Positions 13,772-26,797 of a stretch of 64,000 nt of DNA are shown here, piece after piece. The translations under genes and the position numbers were made by a program. A model generated the notes under the pieces. It did not search any database. It worked only from the letters and a program-made list of their open reading frames with translations, and was not told where the DNA came from. Numbering within the stretch: position 1 is the first letter of the stretch; the number at the start of each line of letters is the position of its first letter. Source of the stretch: Lytechinus pictus (Eukaryota); the NCBI RefSeq assembly GCF_037042905.1, contig NC_087254.1, positions 25,172,001 through 25,236,000 on the forward strand, in the 5' to 3' direction.

Positions 13772-14089
13772 TACCAAATTACAATAACCATCAACTTTCG
13801 GCGATCCATAAGTCAACTAAAAAAAGTGAGAAAAAAATCAAGAAAATTACATTTCCTCATCTTAAATTCAGCAAAATACTTTATTTTATTCCTAATTAAA
13901 AATTACCTACAATCTACTTTCTATGTTGAGGCCTAACATTATTGTATAGAACTATTTAGACTAAATCATTCTTAGTTTTATTCTCCACTTCCAGCGTTTA
14001 ATAACTAATGTTTATATCTATCGATGTTCATCTTCATCTTTGTTCTGTATCCGACACTCCTCTGGCACTTTATTGAATAATACCACCTT
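13772..14089. promoter_or_regulatory. Putative bidirectional promoter region TEPSIN/MPST including a putative first MPST exon ending at 14089
   Basis: TEPSIN ATG at 13771 (minus). A strong donor CTT|GTAAGT at 14089/14090 (plus) can pair with the acceptor AACAG| at 16042/16043 just upstream of the MPST ATG. Confidence 0.45.
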
Positions 14090-14588
14090 GTAAGTATGAA
14101 TTTGCAAAATATAGACTGTCGTGTTCGTCATAAATCAAAATAATAAGCTAAATCAGATAATGACCTTGGGAAAATTCCCATTGATTTGTCAAACGACCAG
14201 GCCCAGGACCAAAATAAAACTTAAAGTTAACTTTTGAATTGCAGAGAGGGACTCGAGTACCGGTACTAGCGGTAGGCGAGAAGAGAGGCAATCTTGGTCC
14301 ACGCGCTTGTTCAATGAATAAGGATTAAGGCCATTCATGGGCGTGGCCGTGGGCGCGGCATGTATGGTATTAAACTGTATGTTGTTAGCCAAAATAAAAG
14401 GTCGACCTTATTATTAACCATGTTAACTGCAGTTTTCAAAGTGGAAAGTATTATTAAACTAGATGATATCAAATTAGAGGGTGAAAAATAAAATTAGGAA
14501 ATGCCATGGAATGGCTTTTTGAATTAGCGAGATTATAAATCTATTCTAACTTTACATTAATACTAGTGTGAGCTAGCTGGCATGGCAT

Positions 14589-15620
14589 CCCGGGGGCCCA
14601 CTTACATTGAGGAGTTATACCATGCGCGACCCCAAAAACACATAAAATTAAAAAGGATGTCTTTTTCAAGATAGGGCACGTTACGTATGTAAAGTAAGAA
14701 GGGTGTCAAAAACACTAAAATAATGAACAAAATATTAAGGGTATCCATTTCGCGAGGAAAGCTATGTGTTTAGGGTCAGATTTGTGAGGGAATAAAGAAT
14801 TAATACAAATGTTTTATAAAGGATGTACTTTTCGCCCCAAGTCAATAAACACTACGTGTTTAGAGTACGAGGTGTGGGAGGTGGGGCCGTACTAAACCCA
14901 ATGATGTAGGTAAAGCCAAGGTAAAACCAACAACCAACGTCCGTGACATAACAATTGAAATATCGCAGTACTTGTTTAGGGGTTCAATTCAGGGAATTCT
15001 TAATTGCCAAGAGTATCATTTTGTTTCCAATGCTTTTTAATAAGGGTAGGGTTTCACACGTCAATACTTAAGGGGTGCATTTTCAGAATATGGAAAATAT
15101 GTGTGTAGGGTGCTTTTCGAGACCCCATGGTTGCGCCCGGCCGCGCATGGTATCCACTCGCAATGGAAGTACTAAACCCAATGATGTAGGTAAAGGTAAA
15201 ACCAACAACCAACGTCCGTGACATAACAATTGAAATATCGCAGTACTTGTTTAGGGGTTCAATTCAGGGAATTCTTAATTGCCAAGAGTATCATTTTGTT
15301 TCCAATGCTTTTTAATAAGGGTAGGGTTTCACACGTCAATACTTAAGGGGTGCATTTTCAGAATATGGAAAATATGTGTGTAGGGTGCTTTTCGAGACCC
15401 CATGGTTGCGCCCGGCCGCGCATGGTATCCACTCGCAATGGACGTGTGAAACCCTTAATTGCCAAGAGTATCATTTTGTTTCCAATGCTTTTTAATAAGG
15501 GTAGGGTTTCACACGTCAATACTTAAGGGGTGCATTTTCAGAATATGGAAAATATGTGTGTAGGGTGCTTTTCGAGACCCCATGGTTGCGCCCGGCCGCG
15601 CATGGTATCCACTCGCAAAT
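14589..15620. mobile_element. CCCGGG-terminated MITE (family B) with triplicated right end
   Basis: Left TIR CCCGGGGGCCCACTTACATTGA...ATACCATGCGCGAC; right-end block GCGCATGGTATCCACTCGCAA occurs three times (~15140, ~15420, ~15600). Confidence 0.8.
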
Positions 15621-16067
15621 GACATTTTAGCCATAATATGTATTGGAGTACATGGAAGAGTAGTCCTTGCCTTACATCACTATGACATCCCATATGCGGC
15701 CAATTTGAAGTCTCCATGGGTATAGTGATTACCAATATTTACAACTTTTAACAATTATAACTTTCTTGTTGCTTGTCCAATATTGTTCAAACTTTCACCT
15801 ATCAACTTGTCTGATTTTTCTTTTTCTTATAAAAACAAGTTTTTATTTGGGTTGGATTCCCCTTTAATAGGCCTACCTTATGGACTGGTAATTCAATTTT
15901 TTATTTTGTTTTAACTACTTTTTGTGTAACTTCTACAAAATAATATTATTGCTCAATAAGACAGTGACAATTTTGAATTGGTCTTGGTAAATCCTGTCTA
16001 ACACTCCTTTTCTTTTCTGTTTTGCAAAAAATAAAAAAACAGGAACCGACTTCATTTGGTTGGCAAG

Positions 16068-17502
16068 ATGCAGAGAGTGAGTAGTCTAGTAAGCTGTGAA
16101 TGGCTTTCCCGAATCTTATCACCACAAACTCAATATCTCAGAGTTCTGGATGGGAATTGGTACATGCCAGGTAGCGGGAAGGACCCAAAAGCAGAATTTG
16201 CCAAAAAGCACATCCCTGGTGCAGAGCAGTTCAGCATTGATGATTGCACCCTCCCACACTCTCCTTTCTCCCATACTCTTCCAACACCAGAGTTCTTCGC
16301 CGAATATGTTGGGGAACGTGGCATCTGCGACAACACGCATGTCGTAGTCTATGACAGTCACCCACAGTACGGAATATTCTCAGCGGCAAGGGTTTGGTGG
16401 TTGTTTCGTGTTTTTGGACACAATGCTGTCTCAGTACTCGATGGAGGGCTCCCTCTGTGGGAGAAATCAGGTTATCCTTTATGTAGCAGCACAGCTCCCA
16501 GTGAGGTGGAGAAAAAGGAGTTCAAAGCCGAGCTTCAACCAAATTTGGTCCGAAGATTTAGCGATATGACAGGCAATCTGAAAGCAAACAAGTTTCAAGT
16601 GATGGATGCCAGATCTCCAGCCCGATTCTTTGGCCAGGTGCCTGAGCCACGAGAAGGTACGTATCTGAAATTTTGATTTTTTTTTTTTTTGATTTTTTTT
16701 TTTATGGAAACAGATTTGAGTAAATTGCTTTTGACTGGAGTAATTAATTAAAACAAGTTTAACAATAACATTAATTCAAACTAGCATACATGTAAACTAC
16801 ATGACAGTTTGATTAAGCAGAGTCTTGAAAAGACATTCTGAGATATGATGAGCATATGGTCATGATGACTGTTATTACGGTAATGGCCATTTTTAAGAAA
16901 AACTTGAAAAACATCCTAATAAATCATGAAATGTACCGGTACTAATTATATAAAATAATCAGTCTTAAGAGACATTATTACAGGGAAATTTGGTTTTAGG
17001 CAATTACAATCAATATTTAGAAAACATAAACACTTATGATTGTCTGATGAATTTAGATTACTCATATTTTAGAAAATTAGAATATTTTTAGAAAATTCAT
17101 ATTCATATGTCATATTGTGCTCTAACATATTTTAATCATGATTGTAAACATGACTTCTTGTCTTGCTTTTGTTTGTAACATGTAGGATTATGCCGTGGCC
17201 ATATGCCAGGTTCTGCTAATGTGCCTTTCAATACCCTACTCAATGATGATGACTCAGAAAAAGCACGCCTGATGAAGTCCCCAGAAGAGCTTACCAAGAT
17301 ATTTGCAGACCGTGGCGTTGACCTCTCCCAACCTGTCACATCAACCTGCGGGTCAGGGGTCACGGCCTGTATCCTTGCATTGGCTGCGTACAGAGCAGGA
17401 AAGAATGATGTTGCTGTGTATGATGGATCATGGGAGGAATACGGTCAGAAAGCAACGGAAGATCAGATTGTGGTATGTAATCCTGAAGCAAATGCTGGTT
17501 AA
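16068..17502 (+). CDS. MPST: 3-mercaptopyruvate sulfurtransferase (tandem-domain rhodanese), 301 aa; exons 16068-16656, 17186-17502
   Basis: LVSCEWL, LDGNWYMP, HIPGA, SAARVWWLFRVFGH, VLDGG, DARSPARFFGQVPEPR, GHMPGS, active-site loop CGSGVT (Cys codon 17347), YDGSWEEY; a single phase-1 intron after EPRE-G, the position recalled for vertebrate TST/MPST. Confidence 0.93.
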
Positions 17503-17742
17503 CAGATTACAGAATGTGACCTTTAGACACCTGAGTACTTGAGATGTCTAGAATTTAAAAAATTGTCAAACTAGGAACAATTCATTTTTGTCAAAGGTTT
17601 TTTGTTCAGAGTTAATTTCATTTAATAAACCACTAGCAATTGTGGGGGACTCTTTTGCAATGTCCGATGGCTATTATTATGTCTTGCAGTCAAATCTTCC
17701 TTTACCCCTATCAATTTTTGACTGGTTTGAATTCCTGTTTAA

Positions 17743-19286
17743 CAGGGCTCGACACTAGCGGCGGTCCGACGGTCCCAGACCAGTAAAAATCGCTGTCGGG
17801 CCAGTAGATTTTCAGAAATAGGAAGATTTACTGGTCCGACATGACCAGTAAAAAATATCATTTTCTTTGTTTCTTCCCTCTTTTCTTTCATTTTTTTTGT
17901 TCTTTCTTTCCTTTTAAANNNNNNNNNNNNNNNNNNNNNNNNNNNNNNNNNNNNNNNNNNNNNNNNNNNNNNNNNNNNNNNNNNNNNNNNNNNNNNNNNN
18001 NNNNNNNNNNNNNNNNNNNNNNNNNNNNNNNNNNNNNNNNNNNNNNNNNNNNNNNNNNNNNNNNNNNNNNNNNNNNNNNNNNNNNNNNNNNNNNNNNNNN
18101 NNNNNNNNNNNNNNNNNNNNNNNNNNNNNNNNNNNNNNNNNNNNNNNNNNNNNNNNNNNNNNNNNNNNNNNNNNNNTTTAATTCTCGAGTCCATCCATCC
18201 TATATTCATCTCTTCTCTCATTCCTTTCTTTCCTTCTTTTTACCCTTTTCTTTCCTTCATTCTTTGTTACTTTCTTCCTTCCATCCATCATTTATTTACC
18301 CTTTCTAGTTGTTTTTTATTTCTTCCTTCTTCCAACCCTTTCTCTCTTTCTTACATTCATTCCTTCCTTTCTTATATATGTCTTGTTCTTTCCTTTTTCC
18401 CTTTGTTAAATCTATCCTTTTACCTTTCCTTTCTTTTTTTGACTGCTTGCTTCCTTTCTCTCCTTTATTCTTTCATTCCTTCCTTTCTTTGTCTCTCAGT
18501 CTTTCTTTTTTTCTTCCTTTCATCTATTATTTTCTCTTTTTTTTTATATTGCTTGCTTCTTTCCTTCCCTTCCTTTATTTCTTTCCTTCTATCTATCATT
18601 TACCTTTCCTTTATTTCTTCCTTAATTCCTTTCTTCCTTCTTTCAATCCTTCCTTCCTCTCTTTCTTTATTTTGACCTTCTTTCCATCTCTCCTTTTACC
18701 CTTTCTTTTGTATTGCTTCTTCTTTCTTTCCTATACTACTTACTGGATTTGTTCTTTCTTTCTGTATTGCTTGCTNNNNNNNNNNNNNNNNNNNNNNNNN
18801 NNNNNNNNNNNNNNNNNNNNNNNNNNNNNNNNNNNNNNNNNNNNNNNNNNNNNNNNNNNNNNNNNNNNNNNNNNNNNNNNNNNNNNNNNNNNNNNNNNNN
18901 NNNNNNNNNNNNNNNNNNNNNNNNNNNNNNNNNNNNNNTCCTTCCTTTCCTTCTTTAGTTCTTTCTTTTTTTCCTTCCTTCACATCTATCCTTTCTTTAC
19001 CTTTTCTTTTTTTCTTCCTTCCTTCCTTTCTTTTATTCTTTTCTTTCTTTCTTTCTTTCTTCGTTTCTGTCTTGCTTTCTTTTTGTCCTTCATTCCTTCA
19101 TTTTATTTGGGGGGGGGGAACGAAAGGCTAGAAAAATAAACTTGCGCCTTTTTTTAATGTTTTCTTTATTTTTGGGGACCAGTAGATTTTAGGTTCGGAC
19201 CAGTAAAAATTTGAAAAACTGGGTATCTACTGGTCCGACATGAATAGGTTGGACCAGTAGAAAAAATGGGTTAGTGTGGAGCCCTG
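17743..19286. mobile_element. hAT-like non-autonomous element with a long internal pyrimidine-rich tract (contains gaps 17919-18176 and 18776-18938)
   Basis: TIR CAGGGCTCGACACTA / TAGTGTGGAGCCCTG (14/15 match); subterminal GACCAGTA repeats; no convincing TSD. Confidence 0.65.
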
Positions 19287-21068
19287 CATTTAATCATGGC
19301 CACAAATTGAATCTGATCACGTTTTGTATATTTTTTAGCATGAAACAGACTCGAATAAGACTCAGTGGCTCAGTGCACACATATTTTTTTTTCTCTCATT
19401 GAACACTGCTTGGATAAAACTATGTATTCCTTGCCATTTCTGGCAGACAATAGCCATTTGAAATAATACTGAGCTTGTCAGCAAATGTAAAACAAGCTAA
19501 TTTCTAAAACATGGGAGCAAGTTGTAAGAGAGGATGTGCTATTTCTATTCAAACTTTGTCCTCCAAGAACTAAAACAAATGGATTGACATCTGATTTAAT
19601 GCATTAGATATTCATAGCTGCAATTTATTTAATGATAAGGGAGTCATATCCTACACACATGTACGAAAATATTGAATAATCATGATTTCATGTAAGAACA
19701 TAAGAAAAGGAAAGGGGGATGTGACATCATCAGCCCACCTAATGAATAGTCTTGATGATATGTAGAACTGTTTTCACAAAATATTCAAAACTTTAAAATT
19801 CAAGTTAACTTTGTTATTTGTCATCTTTATTAATGGAAATGTCCAACATGTTGCTTGGTGAATTTTACTATAATTTTTCAGACTAGAGTACCCCTTTAAC
19901 ATGGTTGAGACTTATTGGTTATTTTGGGTGCAAAGCTACAATTATGCTGTGAAAGAGTCATGTTTTGATTTATGTTTTGATTCTTTGGGGAAAAAAGGGA
20001 AAGAAATTAACACTAAGTCTTTAAGTACTTTGGAGATGATGGAACATTATAGCCATGTAATAAATTGTGTGGGTACTTTGTATTTCTTCAATAGGATTAT
20101 TTGATGTTTTTTTTATAAATTACAATTTTGTATATATTCTGGGCTATTGTATTCTGGAAATATTTGAAGTCATTCTGTCCTATTCTACCTGTTTTACAGG
20201 GTTATTATGTTAATTGGTTCAAAGTAAACAATTATTTCACTTTGTGTTGAAAATGTGTGGTATTTGTCTATGCAAAGGCTAAATGTAACAGGGGATACTT
20301 ATCATTAGAGAAATAACAATGTGTGCTCTTATCTTTGGGAAAATAAGCTCAAAAATGTACTAACTTAAGTAGTGACAGGAGGTAATATTCTTGATGTCGC
20401 CAAAGAGAAAACAAGATTTGAAATGAATGCTACCATACATGATCAGTCAAACACTGAAATATTACAGCAATAGGCCTATCGCTGAATCCTAAAGGTTTTT
20501 TTGCAAATGCTTTACAGGGTACATTGATGTCACATTCCCATAATACTGCAGTATTGACATCCCAGGGTTACCATCATTAGAAGGTGTAACATCATGCTTG
20601 TACAATGAACTTTTATAATGAACCTTAAAATCGTCCTTCCATCTCGTATTACGCTCAGACTTTACATTTTGAAGTATTGTGTTTGCCCACCCTGAATAAA
20701 TCTTTGACTTTTTTATAGATAGGTTATACCCTTTTCATGTGTCTAGCTAGGGTTGAAAAAGTCCCAAAACTAAACCCTTTTTTAAATTATTTTAAGTCCC
20801 AAAAGTAAACCCTTTTACAATTATTTTTGCATTTTTGATGCACATTTCATTGCATGTACATTGCCCAGCCATGAAAAAAACAACTCTTGTACTTGCTTGA
20901 ATAGTGTCCACCTTGTAAGGGTCCCTCCCCCCCCCCCCCCCCCCCCCCCGATTGGCATATAAACTGGATCGTAGAATAAACCATGTATACCTCAGAAAAC
21001 TGGATATCTATAGAATTGAGTATCCATGCTTTAATCATGGAGCTATTTATGTTTAATAGCTCCATGCT

Positions 21069-21665
21069 TTAAAGGACAAGTCCACCCCAACAAAATGTCT
21101 ATTTGAATAAAAAGAGAAAAATCCAATTAGCATAGCACTGAAGATTTCATTAAATCGGCTGAAAAATAAGAAAGTTATGACATTTTCAAGTTCCGCTTGA
21201 TTAAAAAAAATAGTTATATGCACATCCCGGTTGGTATGCAAATGAGGGAGCTGATGACCTCACTCACTCACTATTTCTTTTGTATTTTATTACATGAAAT
21301 ATTCTAATTTTCTCCTCATTGTCCTGTGCAACAAAGTTTTATTTCTCCCTAAACATGTGGAATTACCCTTGCTCAACACTTTATGGTTCAGTCAAGTTGG
21401 TCCTTGTCAAATGTGTAAAAATTGAAATATTGTATAATTCAAACAATAAAAACAAAAGAAATAGTGAGTGAGGGACATCATCGATTCTCTCCTTTGCATG
21501 TGACTAAATTGTGCATATAACTATTTTTTTTTTAAAGCGAATCTTTAAAATGTCATAACTTTCTTATTTTACACCCGATTTCGATGAAATTTTCAGCATT
21601 ATGTTTGTCTGATTTTTCTCTATTGATTGAAATAAACATTTTTCTGGGGTGGACTTGACTTTTAA
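21069..21665. mobile_element. Kolobok/T2-MITE-like family A copy 3
   Basis: TTAAAGGACAAGTCCACCCC ... GGGGTGGACTTGACTTTTAA. Confidence 0.85.
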
Positions 21666-22745
21666 TATTAAGTAGTAGACATATATAAATGCAACTAGAC
21701 ATCACTTTGTGTGCTTCCTTTGATATCAAGAATCTCATATTGATACCTTGATGTTCAGTTTACTTGTTATGCACAAAACCGAAAAGTACATATTCACAAA
21801 TATACAGCTGGTTGTTGGGTGAAGTATATGTATTATTTGTATAGAGATGCACAAATTCAATTCATCAACATTCCCCATTCATGTACACACAAATTTGTGT
21901 CAGGTATGATACTATTGGAAGTACCTCGGGACAAACTACAATGTACGATACAAGAAGGCACAAAAAGTTTCCCCTATAATCATTGTGGCATAATTTTTTA
22001 GATAAAAATAGCTTTGTCAATGTGTTCCTAAAGGTATACTTTGTCTGAAGTCTGTGTGAAATTAAGGTGATTCATGCATGGGTGAGTATCTCAGACAAAA
22101 TATGAACTTTTCAAAAGTGAACAGACCACAGTCTTTTTTGGTGGGGGGCGTATTGGGGTGGTATTTTGAAAAGCGGTAATACTGTAATTTTGACTATTTA
22201 CAATTTTGCCATTCATTTTTTAAACAGTTTATCAATCTTTTTTTATTTTTCAAAAAGGTTAGTCAATAAGTGTCAAAATATCTATATAAATTTGTGTTGC
22301 TTTTGTTCAAAATCACCTGTGTAGAAATCAATGTTTTACTATATTGTACTTCAGCTCATGATATTCAGTTTGAGTTCTGTGTTTACATCACACAGACATC
22401 TTTGCATGATAAGTTGCATTTTTGCTTCTATTTAACTTTAAATTTTCCTCATTTTTTTGTTTTTGTATAGACCTGCATTTACTACATATTACCCAAAATG
22501 TGCTTGAAATACTTTTTAATACCTCCTTTGAAATATGTTGTCTTTATTGCCTGATGTGAAATACTAGTTTAAATCCCACCTTGAAATAGTTGACCAGTAA
22601 TACTGCGACATGTCTTTAGTGTGAAAAGTACATGTAGATACTTGCTTATGCAATCTGAAATAAAGTAAAGAGACTATACTACTGTGATAAAAATATATGT
22701 AAAGCAAAGGTGTTTCATGCATTAGATTTAAGTCTTTTCAGTTGC

Positions 22746-22960
22746 TTAATAATGATAATAACTATAATTATAATAATGATAATAATAATGATAATAGTAA
22801 TAATGATAATGATAATAATAATGATAATGATTAATGATGATAATAATAATAATGATGATATTTATTTTTGTTATCATTATTTTATTATTGTTCTTATTAT
22901 TATTATAAAATGACAATAATGATAAAAATACAATGATAATTCTAATCATAATTAGTATGA
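22746..22960. repeat. (ATA/ATG)n trinucleotide microsatellite
   Basis: Visible in the sequence. Confidence 0.9.
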
Positions 22961-24573
22961 TGACATCAATATTGAAGAATTAATAGAAGAAATAATAAAC
23001 ACAATTGGAAGAAGAGAAGTAGAACAATCACTGTTTTATTGAATGCCATGAAATATATGAGCTTTTATAAGAGAAACAATCTCTGATGTTAAATAATTTA
23101 CAATATTAACCAGAAAACTATATATATATATATATATATATGTTAATGTTATGCATTTTTCTTGTATTTTGATATCATCAGAATGATTAATAATGCAGTT
23201 TTTATGTATGTATTTTTCTTTTGGTAAATGTATGAAGTATAGTTTTGTAACTATCATAGTGCTTTTCTTTAATATTTTATTTCTAAACATCAAAATAATT
23301 TATAAAACTTAAAATGAGAAGAAGGCCAGATTTTTGTTCATGGATTACATAATAAAAATGTTGCATATACGTCAATATACCTAGACATCTTTATTTTGTC
23401 ATCACATTTCTCAATCTACATATTCCCTTCAATCCATCTTCCTGCTGTATCTACAACTACAAGTATATACATTTTTCATCATTTACTCAGAGTTGTGTGG
23501 TATTAAGCTATATTCAAATGAAATAAGTATTAACTAGAATAAGGAATTAATATCATTTACAATACTCTTCACAAGACCTAGAAAATCATTGAGATTTTGA
23601 AAACTTATGCGATGTGTTTTTATGATGGTGTGTGCAATTTTGTGTATTTTCATGTATCTATACATGTGCATTGCAACAGAAATTGTAAAAATATGCGATG
23701 TGCTAGTGAATAATGGTTTAACCAAAAATCTGGTACGTTTTAACCACAAGAGATTTGGAAATGATGATTTCTCTGTGGCCAATTTTTATACCAATGTGGT
23801 ATTTTTTGCTTACATGTACGCACTCTATATAGTTAACCATTACACTGGTTATTTGATCAATTCCTTTATGAGAGTGTATCTAGTTGATGAATTTAACACA
23901 CAGTGCATTTATAATTGTGGAAAGAATACTACTAATATTATTTAATGCTTTGATGTTTTATTGTCGTGTGAAACTAAATTGAATTTATAGATTTCAGATC
24001 AGCAGAGCTGAATAAAAACCCCTGTGAGGGATGGAATGGAAAAAAAATAAATGCTGTGTCTGAGAATTTTTTTTTTTTTAGTTGAAGGTTAAATTGTGAT
24101 TTTAGAAAGAAAGGAAATCCTGTGTATCCCGCCCCCCCTCTCTCTCTCTCTCTGTCTCCCCCTCTTTTCTTTTCTATCTCTCTCTCTGTCTTTCTTCCCC
24201 TCCATTTGTAAGTTAGCGTGATTGAATAAACACTCGACTATTTCTATTAACAGTTCAAACAATCATATTCGCTTGCGTTCAAAGTACCATGTTTGACAAT
24301 GAGGTTATGCCAACGATCAAATCTTGGTTCAGCGATACAGGATATGAATTTGATTAGAAAAAAAAAAGAAGATAAAAAAAATAACTGAGTCATTCTGAAT
24401 ACGTCGGTTTGTTATGAACCTTATGAAGAACACGTAGATTATACAGCCTACATTGCTGGACTTACTGGGATTTTGTTATACTAGTTTGGGGTGTATAGGC
24501 GCTTGTGGCTGAAATTTGCTACTTTACAAGTGGTAAGATTATCATTATTTATTTTATGATAATTTTTGTATTG

Positions 24574-24835
24574 TTAACCCTATCTAGGCCGGGGTATTTT
24601 GGGAGTTCATATGGCCGGGGGGGGGGGCCTCCCAGGCCCCCCTTGAAATCTCGGCCGTCGACTTCACAATCGCGCCAAAAATTGGCACGCGGGTTGCCTG
24701 GGACATAATCTACAAAATCGTATAGTAATTTATTTCATGCGAATCGCTATTAAGTGATTATGTTAATTTATGCGTATTAGTATGCAAAATCATACTTATC
24801 CCTCTAACTCCCTGAATAAAGCTCAAAATGTTAAA
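24574..24835. mobile_element. piggyBac-like element fragment (left end)
   Basis: TTAACCCTATCTAGGCCGGGGTATTTTGGG start, similar to the element at 46143. Confidence 0.5.
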
Positions 24836-25071
24836 AGAAGTTAAAAGAGAGGGGGAAGAAGCGAGAGAACTTACTGTGCATTTTGATATCTTACTCAAAT
24901 ATGGCTCAAATCTTTTTTCTATCACATGCCTTCCCTTCGTTTGTAAACTTGGTTGCTGTCAGAAGTAATTATGTTTCTATCAACAAGCTATCAATATACG
25001 TGACCACTGTCACTGTAGATTTCAACATTGGACCTCTCTCCATAGAACCCAAGGATAAAGGAAATTCCACC

Positions 25072-26133
25072 CCCGGGGGGGGGGGGGGGCCACTTACATT
25101 GACACGAGTGGATACCATGCGCGACCAAAAAAACACGTAAAAAGGATGTCTTTTTCAAGATAGGGCACGTTACGTACGACGTAAGTATATAACGTGATAA
25201 GGGTGTCAAAAACACAAAAATATTGAAAAAAAAAAATATCTATTTCGCTCGGAAAAATATACGTGTTTAGGGTCAAATATGCGGGGATGATAAAACAAAA
25301 TCAAAATGTTTTATAAAGGATGTCCTTTTTGCCCAAACACTACGTGTTTAGAGTCCGATTTGCGCGAGGTGTGGAAGGTGGGCCGTAAACCAATATAATG
25401 GTGTGTAAGGTACCCGTGACATAACAATAAAATATCGTTGTACTTGTTTAGGGGTTCATTTCAGGGAATACTTGCCAAGAGTATCGTTTTGTTTCCAATA
25501 CTTGTTAAGGGGTGCATTTTCAGAATATGGAAAATACATCGCTGTACTTGTTTATAGGGGCTCAATTCTGGGAATACTTGCCAAAAGCATTTGTTTCCAA
25601 TACTTGTTAAGGGTTGATTTAAATATAATGGAAAAACAAACCAACAAGCATTATGAATCCTATGTAAAATAAGGAATTGTCCCCCCTTTTAATTTTGGTT
25701 GTTTTTCACAAAGCAGGTACAAAATTGTGATCATCACAGTGCATGAGAGTGGATGATGTCACTCCTATTGGTTAAAGTATGCAATAGGCCTACTTTAAGT
25801 TTTGCAGATTTAACCATTAGAAGACTTCATCAAACAGTTGTAATTCCACATGTCCAGAGATGATTCAACGTTGTTTCATATTACATTGAGGAGGAAATTT
25901 AAATATTTCACATTTCATGTATTATGAGATACAAAAAAATAGTGAGTGTTGTCATTTATTCCCTCATTTGCATACCAACCCAACAGGAATGGGGAGATAT
26001 CTGTGTTTTGTGAAATTAAGCAAAAAGCTTTGAGAAAATTTCACAACTTCGTTATTTTACATAGGAATTTAATGAAATTTTAGCTTGGGTTTGTAATTCA
26101 AACTAACATTTTGTTTGGATGGACTTCCTTTAA
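25072..26133. mobile_element. Family B MITE (truncated, ~25072-25615) fused to a degraded family A element (~25610-26133)
   Basis: Family B left TIR CCCGGG...CCACTTACATTGAC; family A-like right end GATGGACTTCCTTTAA. Confidence 0.65.
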
Positions 26134-26797
26134 ACTCTCCTTCCGATATAGAAGAATACATACAGCGAATATTTTTTTCTTCAGTGGTTCTGCACTATAT
26201 TTTCAATTCTTTAAAGAAAAAGAATGAAAACTTACTGCACATTTTGGTTTGATAATTAAATGTGTTATTTCCCCAAATGGAGTATAGAAAGATTAAAAAT
26301 AATAATAAATAATAATTATAATAATAACAATAATAATACTAATAATAATAATGATAATAATAATAATGTTCAGTAATAATTCAATATTGAAAATCTTCAT
26401 TGCACCGTGTACACAAAACACATTTTCAATGTTCACACAATGTTTTAAAAGGCAAATGCAACATTGACTAAAAAACTTGTTTCCCGCTCGCTTCATTCCC
26501 TCGCTTATATTTAAATAGGATCATTCGAGAATCAAAATGATTCGTCAATAAATGTGATCACATCATAATAATCATAAGGGACTTATTCTGAATGGTTTCT
26601 GAAGCGAAATAATTCACAGAAAGCAAAGCGAATGCTATTTTTTAAAACAACTGTTTACATAAATCTTAGTTTTTTTTATATGCATCATTTAAATGACAAG
26701 GAAAGAGATCGAGAGAGAAGTAACATATTAAAGAAAAGTGTGTTGTTACATGATCAAAATTCTATCTTCTGTAGGCTAAAATATCAAGCGGAACACC

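Noticed and set aside
17739-19139. Long Phe/Leu/Ser-rich ORFs (e.g. 18309-19139)
   Set aside because: Artefacts of a pyrimidine-rich low-complexity tract and N gaps
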